A stretch of DNA of 64,000 bases from Octopus vulgaris (lineage: Eukaryota), in NCBI GenBank assembly GCA_951406725.2, contig OX597816.1, positions 17,112,001 through 17,176,000 on the forward strand, read 5' to 3'. The translations under genes were made by a program, and so were the position numbers. Below the pieces are notes generated by a model. It did no database searches. It was given only the letters and a program-made list of their open reading frames with translations, and was not told where the DNA came from. Positions 27,224 to 39,994 of this stretch are shown here, one piece after another. The stretch's first letter is position 1, and every line of letters begins with the position of its first letter.

Positions 27224-27468
27224 TATGTATAAATGCATATATATATATACATATACATGTAAGAGTATGTATGTGTGTATATATATATATATAGGTTATG
27301 AAAGGTGGTTGGTATTAAGAAGGGAATCCAGCTGTCAAAACCAAGTCAAAACAGATTAGGGGACCTGGTGTAGCCCTTGGACTTGCCAGCTCCTGTCAAG
27401 CTGTCTGACCCATTCCGGCATAGAAAACAGAAGTTTTAATGATGATGGTGATGATAAATATATACATA

Positions 27469-27693
27469 CGGGAGTTGGACAAAATAATGGATACACCTTA
27501 AAATTTCAAACAAATTTATCTTAATATCGGGCAGGACTGCCTTTGGCAGTAATTACAGCTTCAATTCTATGAGGTATGGACTCATACAAAGTTTGAGTTG
27601 TTTCCACAGGAATTTTTGTCCATTCTTCAGCTAAAACAGTCTCCAGTTCTTGTAGCGATGATGGTGGAGGATATCGACTCCTTACTTGTTTTT
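27469..27693 (-). mobile_element. Tc1 3' fragment (transposase C-terminus plus TIR)
   Basis: Minus strand reads KQVRSRYPPPSSLQELETVLAEEWTKIPVETTQTLYESIPHRIEAVITAKGSPARY*; TIR gttggacaaaata follows TA at 27467. Confidence 0.9.
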
Positions 27694-27804
27694 ATAATGC
27701 TGAATGCTTTTTACATGGCACCAGCACCAATGCAATTTACATGACACCTGCATCAATACTTTGAATGTGACACCTTGTTTTTAGCAAATAAATTTTGTGA
27801 TGGT

Positions 27805-28030
27805 AGACAGGTCTTCTGGAGCACAGCAATATGCCATATATCTCAATCCTTTCTAATCTCTTTTCCAAGGCTCAGCACATTGAGATCGGCTTTCAATACT
27901 TTGTCCCATCTTCCTAGGTCTCCCTCTGCTTTAAGTGATCAGCACTTCATGCACCTGTCCTCGTCCACCTGTATCACATTAATCAAACCAACACAACCTT
28001 CTCTCTTGCATACTACATCTAATTTCTCTT
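27805..28030 (-). mobile_element. Decayed RTE-clade LINE ORF C-terminus
   Basis: Minus-strand remnants IRCSMQERRLCWF..., GRPRK..WDKVLKADL, similar to 38880-39120. Confidence 0.65.
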
Positions 28031-28031
28031 A

Positions 28032-28127
28032 ACAGCAGCCTCTGAAGGCCACAGGGTTACATAATCAGACTGTTACTTAACACTTCATTGAACCCCTAGT
28101 GTGAAACCAATTGGTTAGACTGGCTGT
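28032..28127 (+). ncRNA. Type I hammerhead ribozyme relic (Penelope-type)
   Basis: acagcagcct CTGAAGG ccacagggtt..aacccctagtgt GAAA ccaattgg TT agactggctgt: stems I and II, palindromic stem III, one core change (A9 to G). Confidence 0.65.
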
Positions 28128-28178
28128 AATGGATATATAATACCGTACACTTCAATATATGTATATATATATATATAT

Positions 28179-28220
<42 letters not shown>

Positions 28221-28799
28221 TCAAAGATCTTTATATCTACATATCTATAACAACAAAGATAATCTATGAAGCGACCACCCCATTTACACTCCACTGGTGA
28301 GTAAGTGATTCATCATATTGTTCACCACACATTGAGTTCTGTTTGAACACTGGGCCACTTGATCTTTGCATCTTGCTTACTAAATCGTCTGTGAATATGT
28401 ATATATGTGAAAACATGTGTGTGTGTTTAGTATGTTGCAGTGAAGTGGAGTAAATGTAATTGATCAAGTTGCAGATGTAAGTCAAATGACATGGTGATAA
28501 TGACTTTTGGTGTTATCACAAAGCAAGTAAGTATATCAAATATAAATAATGATAAAAATATAGCAAATGAATATAATTAAATGTGTTTGAAGTGTCTCAG
28601 ATAGCTATGGCATATAATCTAAGTTCAAATTACATGACAAATAATGTGTGTGTATGTGTGTGTGTGGATATATGTATTTCATGTATTCATGTGTATTTAT
28701 GTATGCACGTTGGTAGGTTTGGTGTCCGGATATGTTCATGCATGCATGCACCAATGTACAATGACACATGTTTATGCTTATATATATATATGTGTGTAT

Positions 28800-28950
28800 C
28801 CAAGTTCAAATTCCGCCGAGGTCGACTTTGCCTTTCATCCTTTTGGGGTCGATGAATTAAGCACCAGTTACGCACTGGGGTCGATGTAATTCCTTTGTCT
28901 GTCCTTGTTTGTCCCCTCTATGCTTAGCCCCTTGTGGGTAGTAAAGAAAT
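28800..28950 (+). mobile_element. SINE family C, 5'-truncated
   Basis: gttcaaattccgccgaggtcgactttgcctttcatccttttggggtcgat...cccttgtgggtagtaaagaaata. Confidence 0.85.
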
Positions 28951-29044
28951 ATATATGTGTATGTGTATGATTATGTCTGTATATATATATATGTGTGTGT
29001 GTGTTTATGTATATGTGCACATGTATATATATATACACATGTTC

Positions 29045-29258
29045 TTTTATTCTGTTTTTTTTTTGTTTCATTCATTTGACTGCAGCCATGCTGGAGCACC
29101 ACCTTTAGTCAAGCAAATCAATGCCAAGACTTATTCCTTGTAAGCTTAGTACTTATTGTATCAGTCTCTTTTGTCAAATTGTTAAGTTACAGGAATGTAG
29201 ACACCCCAGCATCAGTTGTCAAGTGATGGTAGGGGGGGGGACAAACACAGACACACAA

Positions 29259-29289
<31 letters not shown>

Positions 29290-29342
29290 CATACACATAC
29301 ACGACGGGCTTCTTTCAGTTTCTGTCTAGTAAATCCACTCAC
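29045..29342 (-). mobile_element. SINE family A, 5'-truncated
   Basis: Same body and tail as 846-1194. Confidence 0.85.
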
Positions 29343-30149
29343 GATAATTTCAATGTCATGATTAGTGAAAGCGAAACCAGTTGACAAACACAATATAAAA
29401 GATATTAAAAAATACATTAAAACTATGTAAACTGCGCATTTTCCTTCTTTTATGTTTTATATTTTTTGCATTACAACTCACCACACGGAGATAATCAAAA
29501 TTCCTCCTTTGTGTTATGAGTGTGTGTGTGAATGTGTGTACAGTTAGAGGACCCAAGGATCTAAAGTGTAGGAACTTTGTAAGCCTTGAGCAGTTCATGG
29601 CAGGTATGAAAAATAATGTTCAGGAACAAAGAAAATTTTTTGGCATCGAAGGTTGTAGGCTTTTACTGTATGGAAGTTCGATAAAATGAAAAAATGTTTC
29701 ATAGCCCATGGTTAGCAACTTGAGTCACTATGAATGAGAATAAAAATCCAAATTGAGGATTTATATATATACATACATATATATATATAGATATATATAT
29801 ATAGCCGAAATTTGCCATGATGATTCGGTTTCTGACTGAAGATTGAAGGCTTCGAATGACTTGTCTGTTTTCCGTGTTCGTCCTTTCGTGTATTTCACGT
29901 TCTTTATATATAAATTTTTATTCCTATATATATATATATATATATATAGGTTTCTATTCATATCTACTACATAATAATCCCTGTGAGAAAATAATAAATA
30001 TAGAAGATTATTATTAGTCAATCTAAATAATTAATTTTTTTATACCAACTAATTTAGATAAAAGAGTTGTTGTATTGAAGATGTAATTGTTTATATATTT
30101 TTTGTTGTAGTTACACATCAGAGAAGACTTAGATACTTAATTACATACA

Positions 30150-30530
30150 TTTATATATGCATATATTATTATTGTATGCTGTGATGACAAGAGACTATCT
30201 TGGACATCAAAGGGTTTCAATTGGTATGTTTTGAGATATAATGAAGTGAATTTCGATGGTTGTAGATTGCACTTACTTGAATGTATTGTCTGTTAAAAAG
30301 TTTTTGTTGTTTTTTTAATTGTATTTGATGTAAGATTGAATAGTCAATGCTCACATTCATAACACAGACATTTGAATTAATTTTTACAATCAAGCCGTCC
30401 TTTCCAGACTGGATTTCGTATTTCTGAACTGATGGACTCTGAAATGACTTATATATAATTGAACTGTGTTTTTGTATATCAGAAAAAATATGCATGCAAG
30501 TTGAAACAATTTGTTGAACTTTTACGGTCT
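30150..30530 (-). mobile_element. Possible Penelope-like GIY-YIG endonuclease C-terminal remnant
   Basis: Frameshifted minus-strand fragments SHFRVHQFRNTKSSL and SSKCNL, reminiscent of the KRCNLCLxEK motif; heavily decayed. Confidence 0.35.
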
Positions 30531-30572
30531 TTATAGTTATTTATTTGATATTATGTTATATGTTATATTCAT

Positions 30573-30990
30573 AGGTGCAGGAGTGGCTGTGTAGTAAGTA
30601 GCTTGCTTATGAACTTATGAACCACATGGTTCCGGGTTCAGTCCCACTGCGTGGCACCTTGGGCAAGTGTCTTCTACTATAGCCTCAGGCCAACCAAAGC
30701 CTCGTGAGTGGATTTGGTAGACGGAAACTGAAAGAAGCCCGTCGTATATATGTATATATATATATGCGTGTTTGCATGTATGTTTGTGTGTCTGTGTTTG
30801 TCCCCCTAGCATTGCTTGACAACCGATGCTGGTGCGTTTATGTCCCCGTAACTTAGCGGTTCGGCAAAAGAGACCGATAGAATAAGTACTAGGCTTACAA
30901 AGAATAAGTCCCGGGGTCGAGTTGCTCAATTAAAGGTGGTGCTCCAGCATGGCCACAGTCAAATGACTGAAACAAGTAAAAGAGTAAAAG
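30573..30990 (+). mobile_element. SINE family A, full length
   Basis: A box gtggctgtgtagtaag, B box ggttcagtccc, ccttgggcaagtgt core, internal (TA)n(TG)n, tail aacaagtaaaagag. Confidence 0.92.
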
Positions 30991-31177
30991 AAAAAAAGAG
31001 TATAGTATTTAATGTAATATTGTAATATAAATAAATTATTGTATATCAATAGAATATCTCTATATTTGATTTATCTTTATATATACACAATATATACATA
31101 TATATATACAAAATATATAAATATATATTTTTCTTGTGTGTGTGTATGTATATATATATACATGCAAAATATATAAA

Positions 31178-31502
31178 ATATACCATAAACAATTATAGAA
31201 AAATGGAGGAGAAAAAGATGTTGAATCAAAAGTAGATTTAATACAAAATAGGACTCAATACATACGCCCGTTTCAAAAGACAATACAAATATGTAAGAAA
31301 AACATTTTAACCATAGTAATTATAATTAAATGACAAATGACAATGCATATTTAATTATAATTATTATGGTTATAAATTTATTCTTACATATTTGTATTGT
31401 CCTTTGAAACGTGCATATGTATTGAATCCTATTTTGTATTAAATCTAAATGTTGATGCAACATCTTTTTCTCCTCCATTTTTCTATAATTGTTTATGGTA
31501 TA
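31178..31502. repeat. Fold-back with ~150-bp arms and ~18-nt spacer
   Basis: ataccataaacaattatagaaaaatggaggagaaaaagatgttg... versus ...caacatctttttctcctccatttttctataattgtttatggtat. Confidence 0.85.
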
Positions 31503-31682
31503 TTTATACCTATAATGATATTTTTCAACTACTATTTTCATATTCTTTTTACTTGCTCTGGCTGTTTTTTATGACTATGATGAATATTTATTTGAAATCA
31601 TTCTTTCTCTCTTTTTGAACCTCTCATATAGTTTGAAATGTTCTCTTTTGAACTTATTTTATATATATAAATATATATATAA

Positions 31683-31744
<62 letters not shown>

Positions 31745-33168
31745 CGTGTGTGTATGTGAAAGAGAGAGAGAGAGGGAAGTGGGTATATAAATAGATAAGT
31801 GTGTATGTTTGTGTGCATGCAGATTGACATATATGGGAAGAAGCAAAGACTCAAAACATTGAATATAAATATGCATTCTTGATAACTGAGACATAAAGAT
31901 AGTCCAAACATTTGAGTTGCATTGTCACTGTTGACCTGACAACCATCCTTTATCTGTATGTGTGTGAATACACACACACGTATATATATATATGTATGTA
32001 TTGTGTAAGTATGTATATATACACACACATATATATGCATGAGTTGCAATGGTGCTGGCGATCTGACAACCATTCTTTATATGAATATACATTTGTATTT
32101 ATATACACATATATACTGATATGTATAGACACATACATATATAGATATATATATATATATATATATATGCATACATACATGCACACACAGATATTTAAAT
32201 TCTTCTGGAAATCAAGCATGACATATTTATGTCTTCTCTAAATCAAATTGAATTATTTGATCCATTCCAAGATTTCTCTTTAGTTCAGTCGGGAAAGTAG
32301 GACATTGCCTGAAGCATTTGGTAGCACTCCCTGAATGGTGTTGTATGTGTGGTGGCGCAGTTTGAGTTCTAGTTTGTCGATGTTCTACATGGAGTAACAT
32401 GTGGGAAAGTACCAATTTCCAGAAGGCGTGCGGGTTGGCGTTCTATTTTTGAAGAATTGAACAAAGAATTTATTCTTTTATTGGTTTCTATGATTGAACT
32501 CTAGTCATGCCAGAGGTCCCTGCTATCAAATATTTTAATTGATTATATCAATGCAAGTACTTTTGCAAGGATTTATTTGATCAGCCACCATCCTTATATA
32601 ATGAAATCGTCATTTGAAGAATGATCGCATGCTTGTGTGTGTTTTAGGGAGTGATAGAGAGAAACTGAAAGTGAAAGTGGAAGAGAGTGAGAGAGAGAGA
32701 GTATATGTATATGATAGAATATGTTTGTTGTTGTCAGTAATATAGTATGTTACAGAGTGACAAAATTTATGTAACAGCAATGTACTCAAACCAGTGTGTC
32801 ATTTCAACTGTCATCAGAGTTCAGTGTTCAGACACTACCATACTTTAATAATCCACGTTTTTTTTTTCAATAGCCAAATTGATTGCATTATTAGTAAATG
32901 TGCTTCCACCAATATGAATGCCCTTTGGCTAAAGTAATTCAGACAAGATAATATAAAAATTGTTTTTGCATATATATATATATAAAATTAAAATCAAAAT
33001 GAGGGGGAAAAATTGAATATTAATTTGATAACATCAATTTTAACACCAGTGGTCTAGCATATTAAAAAAAAATGAGATTCAGTAAATAGTATTTCATACA
33101 TAAATATAAGAGGGAAATTTTTTTAAGTGGTTAAAAAAATTCCCTCTTATATATATATATATATATAT

Positions 33169-33209
<41 letters not shown>

Positions 33210-33417
33210 TTAACATCCATTGTCCATGCTGGCATGGGCTGGACGTTTTGACCAGAACTGGTAAACTTGACATATCCAGACATAATTTCACAGAAGCTTA
33301 GAAATTAAAGACACTGCTTGTGTGATAGTGCCATTCACTTGAAGCTATCACATGATGTCAAGACATGCTGACATTAACCCAGTCCAGTACACAATGATAC
33401 ATACATATATATATATT

Positions 33418-33615
33418 CTTTTATTCTTTTACTTGTTTCAGTCTTTTACCTGACTGCAGCCATGCTGGAACACCGCCTTTAGTCAAACAATTGACCCCAG
33501 AACTTATTCTTTGTAAGCCTAGTACTTATTCTATCGAGGGTAAACACAACAACATCGGTTGTCAAGCAATGTTGGTGGTGCCAAACACACACACACACAT
33601 ACACACACACACATG

Positions 33616-33670
<55 letters not shown>

Positions 33671-34080
33671 ATATATATATACACACATATATATACACAC
33701 ATTTGCCTAAAAAAATGGATCTACAACTTCAATATCCCTACATATCTTACATCTATTTTTTTCCTCCACCTCATTCTCTATTTTGTATCCTATCTAATTA
33801 TTAAATATCCTGGAAACAGCTGTAAAACCTTCTTCCTATAAATATTCTAATATCTACACAGCCTTGGTTTTTTATCTCATTACACAAAAAATTCTTATAT
33901 ATACACACGTACATACAATGGACTTCTTTCAGTTTCTGTCTAGCAAATCTACCGACAAGGCTTTGCTTGGTCCAAGACTACAGTAGAAGACACTTGCTCA
34001 AGGTGCCATGCAGTGGGACTGAACCTGGAACCAAGTGGTTGGGAGGCAAGCTTCTTACCACACAGCCACTCCTGTGCCTC
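33418..34080 (-). mobile_element. SINE family A split at its internal microsatellite by a ~200-bp Penelope-like fragment (33700-33900)
   Basis: Tail half 33418-33590 and head half 33915-34080; the insert contains GAAAcagctgTA. Confidence 0.7.
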
Positions 34081-34771
34081 ATAGCCACTCCTGATAATAT
34101 ACAATACATATAAATTACAGTTACTTCTATCCTGCCTACTCACCCAACCCAAACCTTCTTATCATCTCACCTATTCTCAACACCCACAATGTCCCTTGAG
34201 GGCATATCCAGGCACAACTTCACCCTCAACTCTCTGACTATTTCTCTCTTCACCTTCCTCTGTAACTCAATTACCTTTCTTTTCCAACTGGGGTATTCAT
34301 GTATCTACAGCAAAACACCCATCTTTGTCCCTCTATCTTACAAAGCTCCTCACTCACCTTCAATACTGCTCACCCCTCTTGGTTAAGGGGTTTTTTGCTT
34401 TTTTTGTCTTGCAAGGTAGTTGGTAACTCTGTTGGTGATGGTGCCATGCAAAAAGCACTTGTGTTGGTGTCGTGAAAAGCACTTGTGTTGATGTCCTGTA
34501 AAAACCACCCAATACACTTTGTAAAGTGGTTGGTACTAGGAAGAGCATTCAGCTGTAAAAACCATGTTAAAATAGACAATGGAGCCATAGATGGTTCCCA
34601 GCCTTGCCAGCCCCCGACAAACCATCCAACGCCAGGACTATAGTAAAAGACACCTTCACAATATTCCACAGGATGGGATTGAACCTGAAACTACATTGTT
34701 GGGGAGTGAGCCTCTTAACCACACTGCTGGACTATATAAGTGTATGTATGTATGTATGTATGTGTATGTGT

Positions 34772-34807
<36 letters not shown>

Positions 34808-35199
34808 GTGAGTGTATGTTAGAGGGAGAGTGGGAGGGAAAGAGAGATAAATGAATAGATTTATGTGTGTGTATTTCTCTCTCTCTCTCTCCCCCCCCCC
34901 CTCTCTCTCTCTGTGCAGGCGCTATTCCAGTGTTCCAACTGAACTAAAAGGAAATCTTGGAATGGATCAAATAATTCAGTTTGATTTAGAGAAGACATAA
35001 ATATGTCAAAGTTGATTTCCATTAGAATCAATATGTATGTATGTATGTATGTATGTAAGTATATATGTATGTATGTATGTATGTATGCATGTATGCATGT
35101 ATGTATGTGTGTATGTATGTGTGTATGTATGTATGTGAAAGGGAGTGTGTGAATATATATATACATATGTATGTGTATATACACACGTGTGTGTATGTG

Positions 35200-36092
35200 T
35201 ATAATAATAAAGGATAAAATCGTTAAAAATTTTATCACTGGCCAGCATATAATACAGACCTATTAAGGTGAATTCATATACAGAGATTTATAATAGTATA
35301 TAATATAATTATAATTAAGGCCATAGATGAGACCATGGCTATGCTGAAAGTAGATACTAAATTGTCAAACCACTTAAAATTATCACTTTTATATTACACA
35401 ACATGTTGAATTCGAGGGAGTAGGCTCACAGAAATTCATAAAATAGTTTGTCTTGGATTGATCAATTTCTGGATTAGTCTATTAAATTTTCCTCCCCAGC
35501 AAGGCATATAAATGAGATATTTTATACATGCCCACAGGAAAGCAAATGCAAAGTTACCATTACATACAAATACCACAAACATATTCTGTTGTGTCTGGGG
35601 AGAGTCATTCTTCTCTTTTAGTGCCTTATAATTTAACACACTCACCGGTAAAATTTCCACTTATTACTTATTTTCATTTTCCTAAAATATTCGTTGCATC
35701 TTGCAACCTTTTCAATAGTCTTGACTTTTAGGAAAATAAAAATAAGAAATAAGTGGAAATTTTACCGGCAGTGAGTTATATTATAAGGCACAAAAAAGAA
35801 AATGACTCTCCCCAGACACAACAGAATATGCTTCAACACACGAACTCATATAAAGAATCTTGCAAACCAAATCCAAAAACGAAATATCACAAACATATTT
35901 GCATCAAATTTTGTAGTCTACCTCAGCATTTGTGTATTTGGTCAGAGTAGTACAGAAGTGAATAGACTACCCCGAAGTGAATGGAAATTATTCAGTTATA
36001 ATAATAAAGGATAAAATCGTTAAAAATTTTTATCAGTGACCAGCATATAATATAGACCTATTAAGGTGAATTCATATATAGAGATTTATAAT
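35200..36092. mobile_element. Penelope-like element remnant with ~90-bp terminal direct repeats and an internal fold-back
   Basis: Direct repeats 35203-35294 and 36001-36092; inverted arms ~35581-35686 and ~35727-35829 enclose the hairpin gttgca-tct-tgcaac; related pieces at 36650-36710, 38022-38280 and 38800-38860. Confidence 0.65.
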
Positions 36093-36710
36093 ATTTATCA
36101 TCATCATCATTATCATTATCATCATTGTTTAATGTCTGTTTTTCATGCTGGCATGGGTTGGACGGTTTGGCTGGGGACTGGTAAGCAAGGAGGCCTCACC
36201 AGGCTCCAATCTGATCTGGCAATGTTTCTACAGCTGAACTGGCAATGTTTTTAAGCGTATTGAGGCTTCCTCAGAAATCGCAAGGATATCCCCCTCATAC
36301 CTCCTACATCATCTACTCAACCTTCCAGAAATGGCAGCATCAAGGGGTCCCATGCCTCAAATATATATCATCATCATCATCGTTTAAAGTCCTTTTTCCA
36401 TGCTGGCATGGGTTGGACGGTTTGACTGAGGCCTGGGGAGCCAGCAGCTGTACCAGGCTCGAGTCTGTTCTGGTAATGTTTCCACAGCTGGATGTCCTCC
36501 CTAACATTAACCACTCCGGGGTGCTTTTTATGTGCCACTAGCACAGGAGCCAGTCAGGCAGCACTGGCATCAGCCTCGTTTGAATGGTGCTTTTTACATG
36601 CTACTGGCACAAGATCCAGTTGGGGTGAAACAATTATAATTAAGGGCATACAAGAGGCCATGCCTATGCTGAAAATAGATGCTAAATTGTCAAACCACTT
36701 AAAATTTTTA

Positions 36711-38135
36711 TCATTAAAACCTATGTAATTTACACACTTTTTTCACAAAAACAAAAATAAACTTTAGGGGTTGCATAAATTACATGAGCAGATCATTTCC
36801 AGAACGTTTTTAGATTTTTTTTTTTTTGTGGAAAAATGATGTACAAATGTAAACATTCGTACTGGAAGTTGACTCAATGTCAGAATAGGTTTTTACAGAA
36901 AACATATAATGAAGTTGACTTTTATTTATGCTGGATGAATTTACTAAAACCAAATGGTTAACTACCTTTTGAAGTTTGATGTTCATGCTGGTAATCACAG
37001 TCTGAGCCATATTTTACTGCAACTAACACTGATGACAACAACATCATAATTCATCCTTGCACATGTAAACTCACTAAATGAATATGACTTAGCATTCCTA
37101 CAGAAACCTTCATTTACGTTATACAATGTTTAATGTTGTTTCACATTCATTTTGAATTATGCAGCAATCTTATATTCTCTTCATAGAACACTTGTAATGT
37201 ATGTGTTACCAGTTCTTTTGGTGTAGTAGATTTTTGCTATTCTAGTTTATGTCTCCTCACAGATGTGTATATTCAAACATGTCGCTTCTTAAATTTCGCA
37301 CTTCCCTTTTTCACTAAACACTGAGTTTAACTTGCAAAGCTGTTTATTTTCTCCTTAATGTTTATTTTAGCAGGTCACCAAACTATCAGTTTGGTCTCCT
37401 GGTTAAAACGGTAATAACAAATTTTTAAGTTTGCTTGACATTTTATAAGTGTGAACAGGATTAAAATTTCGATACTTCATATGAAAGGTTCCGACAAGAA
37501 TAGGCGGAAAATCAGAGCTTGAGACTAGAAGACACTTTCGACCAATCAGAATTTTGTTTACATAATCAGTTTGATCGGTCACCTTCCTCTATCAGTTGAG
37601 TAAAGTGTCATCCAAGATGATGTTTATTGGTAATTAAACTTATTTTGCAACACTTGTGCATATTTATCGGCTTTGTTTTTGTTGATAAGAATTATCAACA
37701 ACTTTTCCTGTCATCGTGATTTGAGAAGACATACAGAAGTGTGCTAAAGATTGGACATAATCTCTTGTGGGCAAGAAATGTAAAACACAATTCATTATAA
37801 ACATAAACACTTCGTAATTTAATAGCTTTCAATCTGATATCTGTTAAACAGAAATTATTTCTATTTAATAAAATCTTATCATAAGTAAGTGAAATTATGC
37901 TAAATACAACTAAATTGAAAACATTTTCCCCCTGGCCATATTGGCAATTCTGAAGACTTTTGGGTGTGAATTTTACACAAGTAGAAGCTTTCTCTAATAA
38001 TTTTTTAAGGGAATAGAAGAGGCTGAAAATAGATGCTAAATTGTCAAACCACTTAAAATTTTTTTCATTCAAACCCATGTAATTTGTGCACCTGTGTAAA
38101 TCACACAGGTGCACAAATTACATGGGTTTTTACGG
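36711..38135 (-). mobile_element. Decayed pogo/Tc2-like DNA transposon inserted in a Penelope-like fragment
   Basis: Right TIR ...aattacatgggtttttacgg|TA, decayed left TIR at 36711; minus-strand KFKKRH (CENP-B-like HTH) near 37280-37297; the host repeat resumes after 38137. Confidence 0.5.
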
Positions 38136-38280
38136 TACCTTTATAATACACACATGTTGAAATTGATGAAGTAGGTTCACAGAAATTTATAAAAGAGTTA
38201 GCCTTGGATTGATCAATCTCTGGATTAGTCTATTAAATTTTCCTCACCAGCAAGGATACTGAGAGAAATAAATGAGATAT

Positions 38281-38488
38281 TTACTCTTTTACTTGTTTGA
38301 GTCATTTGACTGTGGCCATGCTGGAGCATTGCCTTTAGTCGAGCGAATCGACCCCAGGACTTATTCTTTGTAAGCCTAGTACTTATTCTATCAGTCTCTT
38401 TTGCCAAACCGCTAAGTTACGGGAACATAAACACACCAGCATTGGTTGTCAAGCGATGTTGGGGGGACAAACACAGACACACACACAC

Positions 38489-38525
<37 letters not shown>

Positions 38526-38702
38526 CATACATATACACAATAGGCTTCTTTCAGTTTCCATCTACCAAGTCCACTCACAAGGCTTTGGTCAGCCCAAGGC
38601 TATAGTAGAAGACACTTGCCCAAGGTGCCATGCAGTGGAACTGAACCCGGAACCATGTGGTTTTGTAAGCAAGATACTTACCACATAGCCACTCCTAAAC
38701 CT
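38281..38702 (-). mobile_element. SINE family A, full length
   Basis: Complete head, body and tail match to 30573-30990. Confidence 0.9.
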
Positions 38703-38879
38703 ATATCAAAAAAAATCTATGATGTTTTGATAAGGATTGAACCTATAATACTCTTTGTGGGAGGCAAACATGTTAACCATTACACAACGTAACATATTTA
38801 TACATATCCACAGGAAAGCAACCACAAAGCTACAATTACATACAAATATCACAAGTATATCCACAAATATATACACACA

Positions 38880-39120
38880 AAGGAATTAGATGCAGTGTGC
38901 AGGACAGAAGACTGTGCTGGTTTGGTTATATGATGCATCTGGATGACGATAGTTGCATAAGAATTGCCAATCCCATAAAGTGTATGGAATTTGTAGAAGA
39001 AGGAGACTCAGAAAGACATGAGATTGACAAAGTATTGAATGCTAGTCTTAAGATGCTGAGCCTAACAAAGGAGATGACAAAGAACTGAGATATCTAGCAC
39101 TTTGGTGTATTGAAGAAGTC
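38880..39120 (+). mobile_element. RTE-clade LINE ORF C-terminal remnant
   Basis: GIRCSVQDRRLCWFGYMMHLDDDSCIR...LKMLSLTKEMTKN, an RRLxWFGH-type motif. Confidence 0.75.
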
Positions 39121-39344
39121 CATTACAGCAGAATTGATATCCTAAAATCACAATGGTAATGGTTGTCCATGAGTGGTTCTGCCCTCTCCCCACCATCTCC
39201 GTCTTCTTTGCCCCATCAACCATTTCCTCCCTAACATTTCATCCCCTAGCACCCATCACTTCTCTATCACCTGAGCACAGAATAGGCACTGCTACATCCC
39301 TTTGCTTTCTCAGTTACCTTTCTTTCCCCACTACAAACCACTTC

Positions 39345-39575
39345 TTATTTCTTTACTGCTCACAAGGGGCTAAACATAGAGGGGACGAACAAGGACTGAG
39401 AAAGGGATTAAGTCAATTACATCGACCCTAGTGCACAACTGGTACTTAATTTATCGACCCCAAAAGGATGAAAGGCAAAGTCAACCTCAGCAGAATTTGA
39501 ACTCAGAATGTAAAGACAGACAAAATACTGCTAAGTATTTCACCTGGCATGTTAATGTTTCTGCTAGCTCGCCAC
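39345..39575 (-). mobile_element. SINE family C
   Basis: Matches 55130-55356. Confidence 0.85.
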
Positions 39576-39994
39576 TTTTATGTCCCAATATCTCCCCTAC
39601 TCCTTCTGTTTCCACCAGTCAATTCTTTTCTGTGCATTCTCTCTCCTGTGCTATTCTCTATCATTAACACCTTGCTTATCTTCTATCACCCTCAATGCCC
39701 TCACATATCTACCACAATCCACTTCTTGAGCCTCTCCTATATTTCTTTCCATCATTTGCTACAGTCACCTCTATCCTGCTCACTTATCCACTCCATTCCT
39801 CTGTATCACCTCACTTATTCTCACCATCCTTAATCCTTTCATTACCAACCCAGCTGAAACTGCCTCTGGCTCTGTAGTACAAATGTCTTGTTTTCATAAG
39901 TTTTGAATTAAAATCTTCCACCAAACCTTAGTCACAATTTATGTTCCTAACACGAGCTGAATGATAACTAAGTCATTTTAGTAAATTTTTTGTT

